NCBI GenBank assembly: GCA_036005065.1
Contig: DASYQW010000371.1
Location: 13-64,012 of the forward strand
DNA length: 64,000 nucleotides
Reading direction: 5' to 3'
Source: Candidatus Methylomirabilota bacterium
GTDB lineage: Bacteria > Methylomirabilota > Methylomirabilia > Rokubacteriales > DASRDR01
The notes under the pieces were generated by a model. It had not been told where the DNA came from. It was given only the letters and a program-made list of their open reading frames with translations, and searched no databases. Position 1 is the stretch's first letter. Each line of letters begins with the position of its first letter. A program made the position numbers and the translations under genes. Shown here piece by piece: positions 38,964-48,147 of the stretch.

Positions 38964-39949
38964 CGACGGGCCGCGGCCGCGTGCTCTCGGGGATGCGCCC
39001 GACCGGGCGACTGCACCTCGGAAATCTGCTCGGGGCGCTCGACAACTGGGTCCGGCTCCAGGACGAGTACGATTGCTTCTATTTCGTGGCCGACTGGCAC
39101 GCCCTCACCACCGAGATTCCGGGCAAGGGGGACCTCGGCATCAACACCCTGGAGATGGCCGCCGACTGGCTGGGGGCGGGACTGAACCCCGAGCGGAGCA
39201 CGCTGTTCATTCAATCGCTCGTGCCGGAGCACGCCGAACTCCACCTCCTGTTCTCGATGCTGACGCCGGTCGCGTGGCTCGAGCGCGTCCCGACCTACAA
39301 GGAGATGGTCGATCAGCTCGGGCTGGAGTCCCCGTCCTACGGGCTCCTCGGCTACCCGCTCCTCCAGTCGGCCGACATCCTGATCTACAAGCCACGTTAC
39401 GTGCCGGTCGGGGTGGACCAGGTGCCGCACGTCGAGCTGACCCGGGAGGTGGCGCGGCGCTTCAACCACCTCTTCGGACCCGTGTTTCCCGAGCCCGAGG
39501 TGAAGCTCACCGTCATTCCCAAGGTGCCCGGGACGGACGGGCGGAAGATGTCGAAGTCCTACGACAACGCGATCTACCTCGCCGATCCCGCCGAGGTGAC
39601 CGTGCCCAAGGTCCGGACCATGGTGACCGACCCGGCCCGCAAGCGGCGCACGGACCCCGGGAATCCCGAGGTGTGTCCCGTCTTCGATCTCCACAAGATC
39701 TTCACGCCCGAGAGCGAGCGCCAGGTGGCGGCCACCGGCTGCCGGACGGCGGGAATCGGCTGCCTCGATTGCAAGGGCATCCTCCTCACCCACATGATGC
39801 CGACCATCGACGGCATTCGGGAGCGCCGCACGGAGATCGCGGCCGACCCGGGTCGGATCCGCCAGATCCTGGGCGACGGCTCGGCCCGCGCGCGCGCGAC
39901 CGCTCGCCAGACCCTCGGTGAGGCGAAGGCGGCCGTGGGAATCGCCTGA
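38960..39949 (+). CDS. trpS: Tryptophanyl-tRNA synthetase
   Basis: GTG start overlapping the kdsB stop. Class I HIGH (TGRLHLGN) and KMSKS motifs. The 739-aa track ORF is a run-on. Confidence 0.9.
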   Translation: MTTGRGRVLSGMRPTGRLHLGNLLGALDNWVRLQDEYDCFYFVADWHALTTEIPGKGDLGINTLEMAADWLGAGLNPERSTLFIQSLVPEHAELHLLFSMLTPVAWLERVPTYKEMVDQLGLESPSYGLLGYPLLQSADILIYKPRYVPVGVDQVPHVELTREVARRFNHLFGPVFPEPEVKLTVIPKVPGTDGRKMSKSYDNAIYLADPAEVTVPKVRTMVTDPARKRRTDPGNPEVCPVFDLHKIFTPESERQVAATGCRTAGIGCLDCKGILLTHMMPTIDGIRERRTEIAADPGRIRQILGDGSARARATARQTLGEAKAAVGIA

Positions 39950-39951
39950 GC

Positions 39952-40722
39952 ATGGCCAGCCTGGAGCCGGCCGTCACCGCGTCCGCCCTCACCGTCCGGC
40001 TCGAGGGCTTCGAGGGCCCCCTCGATCTCCTCCTCCATCTGGCCCGCTCGAACGAGATCGACCTGGCCCGGCTGCCGATCCGCCAGATCACCGACCGGTA
40101 CCTCGCCTACCTGGAGGCGGTGGAGTTCCGCGAGCTCGACGACGCGGGGGCGTTCCTCGTGATGGCGGCCACCCTCATCTACCTGAAGTCGAAGCTCCTC
40201 CTGCCGCAGCCCGACATCGAGGAAGAGGCGCTCGACGCGGAAGGGGAGGCCCTGCGGCTCGAGCTGGAGGCGCGCCTGCGCGCCTACGCGCGGGTCAAGA
40301 CGATCGGCGAGTGGCTCCGCGAGAAGGAGGCGGCGTGGGCGCTCTGCTTCACCCGGACGTGGAGCGAGCTGCCGATGCCGGAGTACCTGCCGGTCGAGAG
40401 CCTGAGCCTGTGGGACCTCGGCGAGGCGTATCGCCGGTTTCTGGCCCGCCTGGCCCGGGGCGAGCCCACGCGGGACGTCGAGCCCGAGCCGCCGTCGCTC
40501 CTGGCCCGGATGGCCGAGATCCTGGGCGTGCTGGACCACTCCTGGTACGTGCTCTTCTCGGCGCTCCTCGGCGCGAGTCCGCCGCGCCCGGAGGTCGTCG
40601 TGACCCTGCTCGCCCTCCTCGAGCTGGTGCGTCTGGGGCAGGCGCGCACGCAGCAGCGGGAGCTCTTCGGCGACATCGTCATCGAGCGCGCCCTGTCGGG
40701 AGGACCGAGCCGTGAATCCTGA
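39952..40722 (+). CDS. scpA: Segregation and condensation protein A
   Basis: LEGFEGPLDLLLHLARSNEIDLARLPI...; the ScpA kleisin family. Confidence 0.85.
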   Translation: MASLEPAVTASALTVRLEGFEGPLDLLLHLARSNEIDLARLPIRQITDRYLAYLEAVEFRELDDAGAFLVMAATLIYLKSKLLLPQPDIEEEALDAEGEALRLELEARLRAYARVKTIGEWLREKEAAWALCFTRTWSELPMPEYLPVESLSLWDLGEAYRRFLARLARGEPTRDVEPEPPSLLARMAEILGVLDHSWYVLFSALLGASPPRPEVVVTLLALLELVRLGQARTQQRELFGDIVIERALSGGPSRES

Positions 40723-41371
40723 GACCGTGGCCGCCCTGGAGGCGCTCCTGTTCGCGTCGGATGCCCCGCTCGAGCTTCCCCGGCTCGCCGAGGTGCTCGA
40801 GGTCGACCCCGACGAGGCCCGGCAGGCCGTGGAGATCGTGCGCGCGGCCTGCGAGGCGCCCGGCCGCGGCCTGGCCGTCGTCGAGGTGGCCGGCGGCCTG
40901 CGCCTGGTCACGCGCCCCGAGCTGGCCCCGGTCCTCCTCCGGCTCCAGCGCCTGCGCCTCAAGAGCCGGCTCTCGCGGGCCGCGGTCGAGACGCTGGCGA
41001 TCGTGGCCTATCGGCAGCCGATCTCCCGGCCCGAAATCGAGCAGCTCAGAGGCGTCAACGCGGAGAGCGTGCTGGCCGCCCTCCTCGAGCGGCGCCTCAT
41101 CCGCGTGGTGGGCCGGAAGGCGACGCCGGGCCGGCCGATCCTCTACGGCACTGCCCGGGAGTTCCTGGAACACTTCGGGCTGCGCGACCTCTCCGAGCTC
41201 CCCCCGTTCGAGGTGCCGGACGAGACGCCCGTGTCCCCGGTCATCGAGCCGACGGACCAGGAGCCGGCCGCGGCCGACGAGGCGCCGGGCCTGTCCGAGG
41301 CGCCGGAGCCCGGGCCGGCCGCCGCCACGACGCCCCACGCCGCCGAGGACACGGCCCTCCGCCAGCCCTAG
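40712..41371 (+). CDS. scpB: Segregation and condensation protein B
   Basis: Tandem winged-helix ScpB domains plus an acidic C-terminus; overlaps scpA. Confidence 0.85.
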   Translation: MNPETVAALEALLFASDAPLELPRLAEVLEVDPDEARQAVEIVRAACEAPGRGLAVVEVAGGLRLVTRPELAPVLLRLQRLRLKSRLSRAAVETLAIVAYRQPISRPEIEQLRGVNAESVLAALLERRLIRVVGRKATPGRPILYGTAREFLEHFGLRDLSELPPFEVPDETPVSPVIEPTDQEPAAADEAPGLSEAPEPGPAAATTPHAAEDTALRQP

Positions 41372-41377
41372 CGGTGC

Positions 41378-41453
41378 TTCGGAGGGGGTGTCGGAACACC
41401 CCCTCCGAAGCTCCCCCAGGAATCGTGGCGGCGGCACAGCCGCCGCTCGGAGT
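41378..41453 (-). repeat. Intergenic two-hairpin repeat, family A copy 3 (inverted orientation)
   Basis: TTCGGAGGGGGTGTCGGAACACCCCCTCCGAAG...GTGGCGGCGGCACAGCCGCCGCTCGGAG. Its reverse complement aligns with copies 1 and 2 along the full length. Confidence 0.7.
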
Positions 41454-41589
41454 TCCCGGGCGCGGAGCGCAGCCGGATGGATGAACCTGGAACAGCCCAG
41501 GTTGTCGGGAGCGGACCTTGCGGTGGTGGTACGGTCGAGCCTGAGTGCGAGGGCAGTGCCCCGCGGATTGTTCGATAGGCCCTGAGACC

Positions 41590-42336
41590 GTGGCGGGAGT
41601 CCGCCTCCAGAAGCTCCTCGCCGAGGCGGGCGTCGCCTCCCGGCGCGGCGCGGAACGGCTGATCCAGGCCGGCCGTGTGTCTGTCAACGGCCGTCCGGTC
41701 GAGGAGCTCGGCGCCCGAGCCGATCCCGAGCGCGACCGGATCGAGGTCGACGGGCAAGAGCTGCCCCGCGCCGAGCCCAAGCGCTACGTCCTCCTCCACA
41801 AGCCCCCCGGGTACCTGACGACGCGCGAGGATCCGCGGGGCCGCCCGCGCGTGTTCGACCTCCTGCCCGAGCTCGAGGTGCGTCTCCACCCGGTCGGGCG
41901 CCTCGACTACGATGCCGAGGGACTCCTGCTCCTCACGAACGACGGCGCGCTGACCTACCGCTTGACGCACCCGCGGCACGCGGTGGCCCGGGTCTACCAC
42001 GTGCTGGTGGAAGGACGGATCGACCCGGCGGCGCTCGCGGCATTGCGCCGCGGCGTCCTCCTGGAGGACGGGCCGGCCCGGGCCGAAGAGGCACGGCTTC
42101 TCCGGCGGGCCGGGCCTGAGGCGGCGTGGCTCGCCCTGACGCTCCGCGAGGGCCGCTATCGGGAAGTGAAGCGGATGTGTCGGGCCGTCGGACTCACCGT
42201 GCGCCGGCTCGTGCGCGTGGCCTTCGGGCCGCTCCGGCTCGGCCGGCTGGCGCCCGGGGCGTGGCGGGACCTGGATCGCCGAGAGCTCGCGGCGCTCGGC
42301 GAGCGGACGGCAGCGAGCGAGCCGCGAACCCCGTAG
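41590..42336 (+). CDS. rluB: Pseudouridine synthase, RluB/RsuA family
   Basis: S4 domain (RLQKLLAEAGVASRRGAERLI) followed by the catalytic domain with HPVGRLDYDAEGLLL. The likely GTG start is at 41590. Confidence 0.8.
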   Translation: MAGVRLQKLLAEAGVASRRGAERLIQAGRVSVNGRPVEELGARADPERDRIEVDGQELPRAEPKRYVLLHKPPGYLTTREDPRGRPRVFDLLPELEVRLHPVGRLDYDAEGLLLLTNDGALTYRLTHPRHAVARVYHVLVEGRIDPAALAALRRGVLLEDGPARAEEARLLRRAGPEAAWLALTLREGRYREVKRMCRAVGLTVRRLVRVAFGPLRLGRLAPGAWRDLDRRELAALGERTAASEPRTP

Positions 42337-42435
42337 GGGCCGCTCCTACCCGTCCCGCGCGCCCTGCCCACCTTGCGCCGGCCGGCCGGGTTCACTATAC
42401 TAGTTGGGCTTTCTCGACCGTCCCCTGGAGAGTGT

Positions 42436-43500
42436 ATGGGTCTGGATGAATGGCGGGTAAGGATCGACGACCTTGACCGGCAACTCCTCAAGCTCCTCAA
42501 TCAGCGCGCGGCGATCGCCCTCGAGGTGGGGCGTGTCAAGCGCGAGGCCGGTCGGCCGCTCTTCGTCCCCGAGCGCGAGCAGGCAATCCTGGAGGGGCTC
42601 CTCCAGCTGAACGACGGCCCGTTGCCCGCCGAGGCCGTGCGGGCCGTCTGGCGGGAGATCTTCTCGGCGTCCCGCACTCTCCAGCGCCCCTTCCGCGTCG
42701 CCTACCTCGGTCCCGTCGCCACGTTCACCCACCTGGCCGCCCTCGAGCACTTCGGCGCCAGCGCCGAGTACGTGCCGCTGCGGGGGATCCCGGAAGTCTT
42801 CGCCGAGGTCGAGCACGAGTGGGCCGACGTCGGGGTGGTTCCGGTCGAGAACTCGACCGAGGGCGCGGTCAACCATACCCTCGACCGCCTCATCGACTCC
42901 GAGCTCCTGATCGAAGGCGAGGTCCGGGTCACGATCCACCACTACCTGCTCTCGCGCGCGGGTGACCTCAGCGAGGTCAAGCAGGTGTTCTCGCATCCGC
43001 AGGCGCTGGCCCAGTGCCGCGAGTGGCTCGACCGGAACCTCCCGCACGCCCAGATGGCGGAGGTCGCCTCCACGACGGTGGCCGCCGAGCGGGCCCTCGA
43101 GGACGCCACGGCCGCGGCGATCGCCAGCGAGCTGGCCGGGCAGCTCTATCGGCTGCCCACCCTGGGCGAGCGCATCGAGGACTTCGCCCAGAACGTCACG
43201 CGCTTCCTGATCATCGGGCGCCGGGCGATCGGTCCCACCGGGCGCGACAAGACGTCGATCCTCTTGTCCATCAAGGACGAGATCGGCGCGCTCCATCGCA
43301 TCCTGGAGCCGGTCGCCGCGGCCCGCCTGAATCTGACGAAGATCGAGTCCCGGCCGACGCGGCGGCGCCCGTGGGAGTACGTCTTCTTCGTCGACTTCGA
43401 AGGCCATCGGGCAGACGCGGTCGTGCAGGGAGCCCTGGAGGCGCTGCGCGAGCGCTGCCTGTTCCTGAAAGTCCTCGGCTCCTACCCGGCCGCCAGCTGA
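42436..43500 (+). CDS. pheA: Chorismate mutase / prephenate dehydratase (P-protein)
   Basis: A chorismate mutase type II N-terminal domain, a prephenate dehydratase domain and a C-terminal ACT domain. Met at 42436. Confidence 0.85.
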   Translation: MGLDEWRVRIDDLDRQLLKLLNQRAAIALEVGRVKREAGRPLFVPEREQAILEGLLQLNDGPLPAEAVRAVWREIFSASRTLQRPFRVAYLGPVATFTHLAALEHFGASAEYVPLRGIPEVFAEVEHEWADVGVVPVENSTEGAVNHTLDRLIDSELLIEGEVRVTIHHYLLSRAGDLSEVKQVFSHPQALAQCREWLDRNLPHAQMAEVASTTVAAERALEDATAAAIASELAGQLYRLPTLGERIEDFAQNVTRFLIIGRRAIGPTGRDKTSILLSIKDEIGALHRILEPVAAARLNLTKIESRPTRRRPWEYVFFVDFEGHRADAVVQGALEALRERCLFLKVLGSYPAAS

Positions 43501-43511
43501 GACAGGAGACT

Positions 43512-44624
43512 ATGAGCACTTCCTGGGAGCGCCTTGCCAACGAGCCGATCCTGGATGTCGCCCCCTACGAGCCGGGCAAGCCGATCGAGGAGCTCGAGCG
43601 GGAGCTCGGTATCGCCGGCGCCATCAAGCTCGCCTCGAACGAGAACCCCTTGCCGCCGTCGCCGGGGGTCCTGGCGGCGATCCGCCAGGTCCTGGGAAAC
43701 CTGAACCGGTACCCCGACGGGTCGGGCTATTACCTGCGCCAGGCCCTGGCCAAGCGCCACGGCGTGGCGCCCGACGCGATCGTCCTGGGCAACGGCTCCA
43801 ACGAGCTCCTGGAGCTCCTGGCCCGGGCCTTCGTCCGCCAGGGTGAAGAGGTCGTGTTCCCGCACCCTTCGTTCATCGTCTACCCCTCGATCGTCCAGAG
43901 TGTCGGCGGGATCCGCGTCGTGGTCACCCTCAAGGATCACCGCCTGGACCTTCCGACGATGGCGCGGGCCATCACCCCGCTCACCAAGCTGGTCTTCATC
44001 GCCAACCCGAACAACCCGACCGGCACCATCGTCACCGCTGACGAGGTCGAGAAATTCCTGGCCGACATCCCCGAGCGAGTCATCGTCGCCTTCGACGAGG
44101 CGTACTACGAGTACGCGCAGGGGCCCGACTTCCCGGATAGCCTGAGCTACCTCCGGCAGGGGCGGCGGGTAGTGGTACTCCGCACGTTCTCCAAGGTTTC
44201 GAGCCTGGCCGGCCTCCGGGTCGGCTACGCCATCGCCGATCCCGACTGCATCGCGTTGCTCAATCGGGTCCGGCAACCCTTCAACGTGAACACCATCGCC
44301 CAGGTGGCGGCGCTGGCTGCGCTCGAGGACGAGGCGCATGCCCAGGCCACGGTCGCCATGGTCAAGGAAGGCATCAAGACCCTCTACCGGGCGTTCGACC
44401 AGCTGGGTATCAGGTACGTCCCGACCCGGGCCAACTTCATCCTGGTCGAGATCCCGGACGCCGGCCGGGTCTATCAGCAGCTCCTCCGCACCGGAGTCAT
44501 CGTGCGGCCGACGGCGGCCTTCGGGCAGGAGCAGGGTCTTCGCATCACGGTGGGAACACCCGAGGAGAACGCGCGCCTCATCGAGGCCCTCCGCGTGAGC
44601 CTCGGCAAACGAAGGCCGGCGTGA
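43512..44624 (+). CDS. hisC: Histidinol-phosphate / aromatic aminotransferase
   Basis: Class II aminotransferase with PLP-lysine region FSKVSSLAGLRVGY; SD AGGAG upstream. Confidence 0.85.
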   Translation: MSTSWERLANEPILDVAPYEPGKPIEELERELGIAGAIKLASNENPLPPSPGVLAAIRQVLGNLNRYPDGSGYYLRQALAKRHGVAPDAIVLGNGSNELLELLARAFVRQGEEVVFPHPSFIVYPSIVQSVGGIRVVVTLKDHRLDLPTMARAITPLTKLVFIANPNNPTGTIVTADEVEKFLADIPERVIVAFDEAYYEYAQGPDFPDSLSYLRQGRRVVVLRTFSKVSSLAGLRVGYAIADPDCIALLNRVRQPFNVNTIAQVAALAALEDEAHAQATVAMVKEGIKTLYRAFDQLGIRYVPTRANFILVEIPDAGRVYQQLLRTGVIVRPTAAFGQEQGLRITVGTPEENARLIEALRVSLGKRRPA

Positions 44625-45472
44625 GGAGTCCGCTCGTCGGACGGTTGACCGTCGTGGGGCTCGGCCTCCTGGGAGGCTCGGTCGCCCGAGGGGCGCGAGC
44701 GCGGCGCATCGCGGGAGAGATCGTGGGGGTCAGCCGCCGGGCGGCGACCCTGGCCCAGGCGCAGGCGGCCCGCGCGGTGGATCGAGCGACCCAGGACCTC
44801 GCCGAGGGCACGCAGGATGCCGATCTGGTCGTCCTGTGCGCGCCCGTCGGGGCGCTCCCGGAGCTCGTCCGCGGGGCATGGCCTCATCTCCGGTCCGGGG
44901 CCGTGCTCACCGACGTCGGCAGCGTCAAGGCGGGCGTCACGGCGGCGGCCGATGCCTGTGAGCCGCGGCCCGGTGTCGGGTTCGTCGGCGGTCACCCCAT
45001 GGCGGGATCCGAGCAGTCGGGATTCGCGGCAGCCGATCCCGACCTCTTCGAGGGGCGGCTCGCCCTGCTCACGCCCACCGCGCGGTCGCCCGAGGCCGCG
45101 GTCGCGCGGGTCACCGAGTTCTGGGAATTGCTGGGAAGCCACGTGCGGCTGGTCACGGTGGATGCTCACGATCGCGGCGTCGCGGCCGTGAGCCACCTTC
45201 CGCATCTGGCGGCCTACGGGCTGGTCGCCGCCGCCGACGATGATGCGCTGGGGCTGGCGGGACCGGGCTTCGCCGACACGACCCGCGTCGCCGAGTCCGC
45301 CGAGGCGCTCTGGGCCGACATCTTCCGCGCGAACCGGGCGCCGCTCCTCGAGAGCCTCGCCCGTTACCGCCAGGTCCTCGACCACTGGGAGGCGCTCATC
45401 CGCGACGGGCAGTGGACGGCGCTGGAAGCGGCCCTCGGGCGGGCGCGCGAGATCCGGGAAAAGCTTCCGTGA
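44621..45472 (+). CDS. tyrA: Prephenate dehydrogenase
   Basis: Rossmann fold VVGLGLLGGS...; the TyrA family. Confidence 0.8.
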   Translation: MRSPLVGRLTVVGLGLLGGSVARGARARRIAGEIVGVSRRAATLAQAQAARAVDRATQDLAEGTQDADLVVLCAPVGALPELVRGAWPHLRSGAVLTDVGSVKAGVTAAADACEPRPGVGFVGGHPMAGSEQSGFAAADPDLFEGRLALLTPTARSPEAAVARVTEFWELLGSHVRLVTVDAHDRGVAAVSHLPHLAAYGLVAAADDDALGLAGPGFADTTRVAESAEALWADIFRANRAPLLESLARYRQVLDHWEALIRDGQWTALEAALGRAREIREKLP

Positions 45473-46785
45473 ACGCGCGCGTCCGACCCGTCGAGCGTTT
45501 TGGTGGCACGCTCACCGTGCCCGGCGACAAGTCCATCTCGCACCGCGCGGTGCTGCTGGGAGCCGTCGCCACCGGCGTGACCGAGGTGCACGGCCTCCTG
45601 GAGGGCGCAGACTGCCTCGGCACCCTCGCCGCGGTCGGCGCCCTCGGCGTAGAGGTCACGCGCAAGGCGCCCGGCCACTACCTGGTCCGCGGCGCGGGGC
45701 CGGAAGGGCTCACGGAGCCGGACGCCGTGATCGATTGCGGGAACTCCGGCACCACCGCGCGGCTGTTGCTCGGGGTCCTGGCCGGCCAGCCCTTCACCAC
45801 CGTGCTGACCGGAGACGACTCGCTCCGGCGCCGCCCGATGGACCGCGTCGTGGAGCCGCTCGGCCGCATGGGCGCGCGGGTCCTCGGGAAGGGCGGCGGC
45901 CGCCGCCTCCCGCTGGCCATCGCCGGCAGCCGGCCGCTGGGCCCGATCCGGCACGTGTCGGCGATGGCGAGCGCCCAGGTAAAATCCGCGGTCCTTCTCG
46001 CAGGCCTCTCGGCCTCGGGGCCGGTGACCGTCGTCGAACCGGCAGCGAGTCGCGACCACACGGAACGGATGCTGGCGGCGTTCGGGGCGGACATCGCCGT
46101 CGGGGATCGGGCGGTCACCCTCACGCCGGGACCCACGCTCAGGGGGCGCCTCGTCCAGGTGCCGGGGGACATTTCATCGGCGGCCTTCTTTCTGGTGGCC
46201 GGGGCACTCGCCCGTGAGGGCAGCGTCACCGTCGAGGGCGTGGGGATCAACCCCACCCGGACCGGCGTGCTCGACGCCCTTCGCGACATGGGGACCCGGC
46301 TCGAGGTGGTTCCCGGAGCGGCCGAGGGCGAGCCCCTCGCCGACATCACCGTACTTCCCTCACGCCTCGGCGGCGCCGCCCTCGGGGGCACGCTGGTGCC
46401 GCGGGCGATCGACGAGCTCCCGGTCCTGGCCGTGGCGGCCGCGGTGGCCTCCGGCGTGACGGAGATCACCGACGCCGCCGAGCTCCGCGTGAAGGAGTCG
46501 GACCGCATCCATGCGCTGGCCGTGGAGCTCGGCAAGATGGGGGCCGACCTGGAGGAGCGACCGGACGGGCTCCGCATCCGCGGAAGCCGGGGGCGCGCGC
46601 TCCGGGGGGCGCGCGTGTCGAGCTGGGGCGATCACCGGCTCGCCATGGCGCTCGTCGTCGCCGGACTCTTCGCGGACGGCCCGACGCTGGTGGAGGGCAT
46701 CGACTGCATCGCGACCTCGTACCCGGACTTCGTCTCGACCTGCCGGCGGGTGGGCGGCGAGACCTGTATCGAGGTGGTGGAGTGA
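45469..46785 (+). CDS. aroA: 3-phosphoshikimate 1-carboxyvinyltransferase (EPSP synthase)
   Basis: GTG start overlapping the tyrA stop. LTVPGDKSISHRA..., GNSGTTARLL. Confidence 0.9.
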   Translation: MNARVRPVERFGGTLTVPGDKSISHRAVLLGAVATGVTEVHGLLEGADCLGTLAAVGALGVEVTRKAPGHYLVRGAGPEGLTEPDAVIDCGNSGTTARLLLGVLAGQPFTTVLTGDDSLRRRPMDRVVEPLGRMGARVLGKGGGRRLPLAIAGSRPLGPIRHVSAMASAQVKSAVLLAGLSASGPVTVVEPAASRDHTERMLAAFGADIAVGDRAVTLTPGPTLRGRLVQVPGDISSAAFFLVAGALAREGSVTVEGVGINPTRTGVLDALRDMGTRLEVVPGAAEGEPLADITVLPSRLGGAALGGTLVPRAIDELPVLAVAAAVASGVTEITDAAELRVKESDRIHALAVELGKMGADLEERPDGLRIRGSRGRALRGARVSSWGDHRLAMALVVAGLFADGPTLVEGIDCIATSYPDFVSTCRRVGGETCIEVVE

Positions 46786-47456
46786 GCGGGGGGGTGACCC
46801 GACATCCGGTCGTCACCATCGATGGGCCGGCCGGAGCGGGCAAGAGCACGGTGGCGCGAGGACTGGCCGAGCGGTTAGGATATCGATACCTCAACAGCGG
46901 CGCCATTTACCGGGCCGTGGCCTGGCGCGTGGCGGCCGGCGCTCCTCTCGAGGAGGTCCTGACGCAGACCCGGATCGAGTTCCGCGGAACCCCGACGACC
47001 CAGCGAATCCTGGTGAACGGCCAGGACGTGACCGAGGCCCTCGGGGCGGCCGCCATCAGTGTCCTGGCTTCGACCCTCTCGCAGCGGGGCGAGGTCCGAG
47101 CGTTCGCCGACGCCCTCCAGCGGCGCATCGCCGAGGCCGGCCCGCTGGTGGTCGAGGGCCGCGACGCGGGGACCGTCGTCTTTCCCCAGGCTGACTGCAA
47201 GTTCTATCTCGACGCCTCCCTGGAGGCCCGGGCCCGACGCCGACTCGCCGAGGCGCAGTCGGGGGGCGAGCCAGGGAATCTGGGGGCTGTCCGAGACGCT
47301 CTGGCGGTACGCGACCGGGCCGATCGGACGCGAGCGCTCGCTCCGCTCAGCCGGATGCCCGATGCGACCTACATCGAGTCGAGCGACCTGACCGTGGACG
47401 AGGTGATCGAGCTCATGGCCAAGGAGGTTGAGCGGGTGTGCTCTACGATGTCCTGA
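46782..47456 (+). CDS. cmk: Cytidylate kinase
   Basis: P-loop IDGPAGAGKST. Confidence 0.9.
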   Translation: MSGGVTRHPVVTIDGPAGAGKSTVARGLAERLGYRYLNSGAIYRAVAWRVAAGAPLEEVLTQTRIEFRGTPTTQRILVNGQDVTEALGAAAISVLASTLSQRGEVRAFADALQRRIAEAGPLVVEGRDAGTVVFPQADCKFYLDASLEARARRRLAEAQSGGEPGNLGAVRDALAVRDRADRTRALAPLSRMPDATYIESSDLTVDEVIELMAKEVERVCSTMS

Positions 47457-48130
47457 AGCCAGTGGCATTCGGTGTCCTTCGCCTGCTCTTCCGATTCCGG
47501 ACGCTCGGCAGCGACAACGTGCCACGCGAGGGATCCGTGCTCCTGGCGGCAAACCACGTGAGCCTCCTCGATCCCCCGGCGGTCGGCGCCGGTGCGCCGC
47601 GCCAGCTCCACTTCCTGGCCAAGGCCGAGCTGTTCCGGATTCCGCTGCTCGGCGCGCTCATCCGGCGCCTCAACGCCCATCCGGTCGAGCGGGAGGGCGC
47701 GGACGCCGGGGCGCTCCGCCGGGCGCTCTTCCTCCTGCGGGAGGGGAAGGCCCTCCTCGTGTTTCCAGAAGGGACACGCGGAATCGAGGGGACGCTGGGG
47801 CCCGGCCGGGCGGGAGCCGGGATGCTCGCCGCCCTCTCGGAGGCGCCGGTCGTCCCGGTGTACATTCGGGGGACCGGGCACGTGCTGCCGCGCGGGGGCA
47901 CGCGGCCGCGGCGGGTCCCGATCACGGTGGCCTATGGCCCGCCGCTCCGGTTCGCCCGCGGCCGGGGAAAGGACCGGTATCAGGACATCAGCAACGAGAT
48001 CATGGCGGCCATCGGTCGCCTGAAGGCCGAGGTCGATGGAAGAGCCACGCCGCTCCCCGTCCACTCGGCCACCACCAACCACGCGGATCGGACGGCCCGC
48101 GGGCCGCGGCCCGCCGGGCAACTTCACTAA
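47438..48130 (+). CDS. plsC: 1-acyl-sn-glycerol-3-phosphate acyltransferase
   Basis: HX4D motif (NHVSLLD) and FPEGTR. Confidence 0.8.
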   Translation: MLYDVLKPVAFGVLRLLFRFRTLGSDNVPREGSVLLAANHVSLLDPPAVGAGAPRQLHFLAKAELFRIPLLGALIRRLNAHPVEREGADAGALRRALFLLREGKALLVFPEGTRGIEGTLGPGRAGAGMLAALSEAPVVPVYIRGTGHVLPRGGTRPRRVPITVAYGPPLRFARGRGKDRYQDISNEIMAAIGRLKAEVDGRATPLPVHSATTNHADRTARGPRPAGQLH

Positions 48131-48147
48131 ACGGGAGGAACGCAGGA

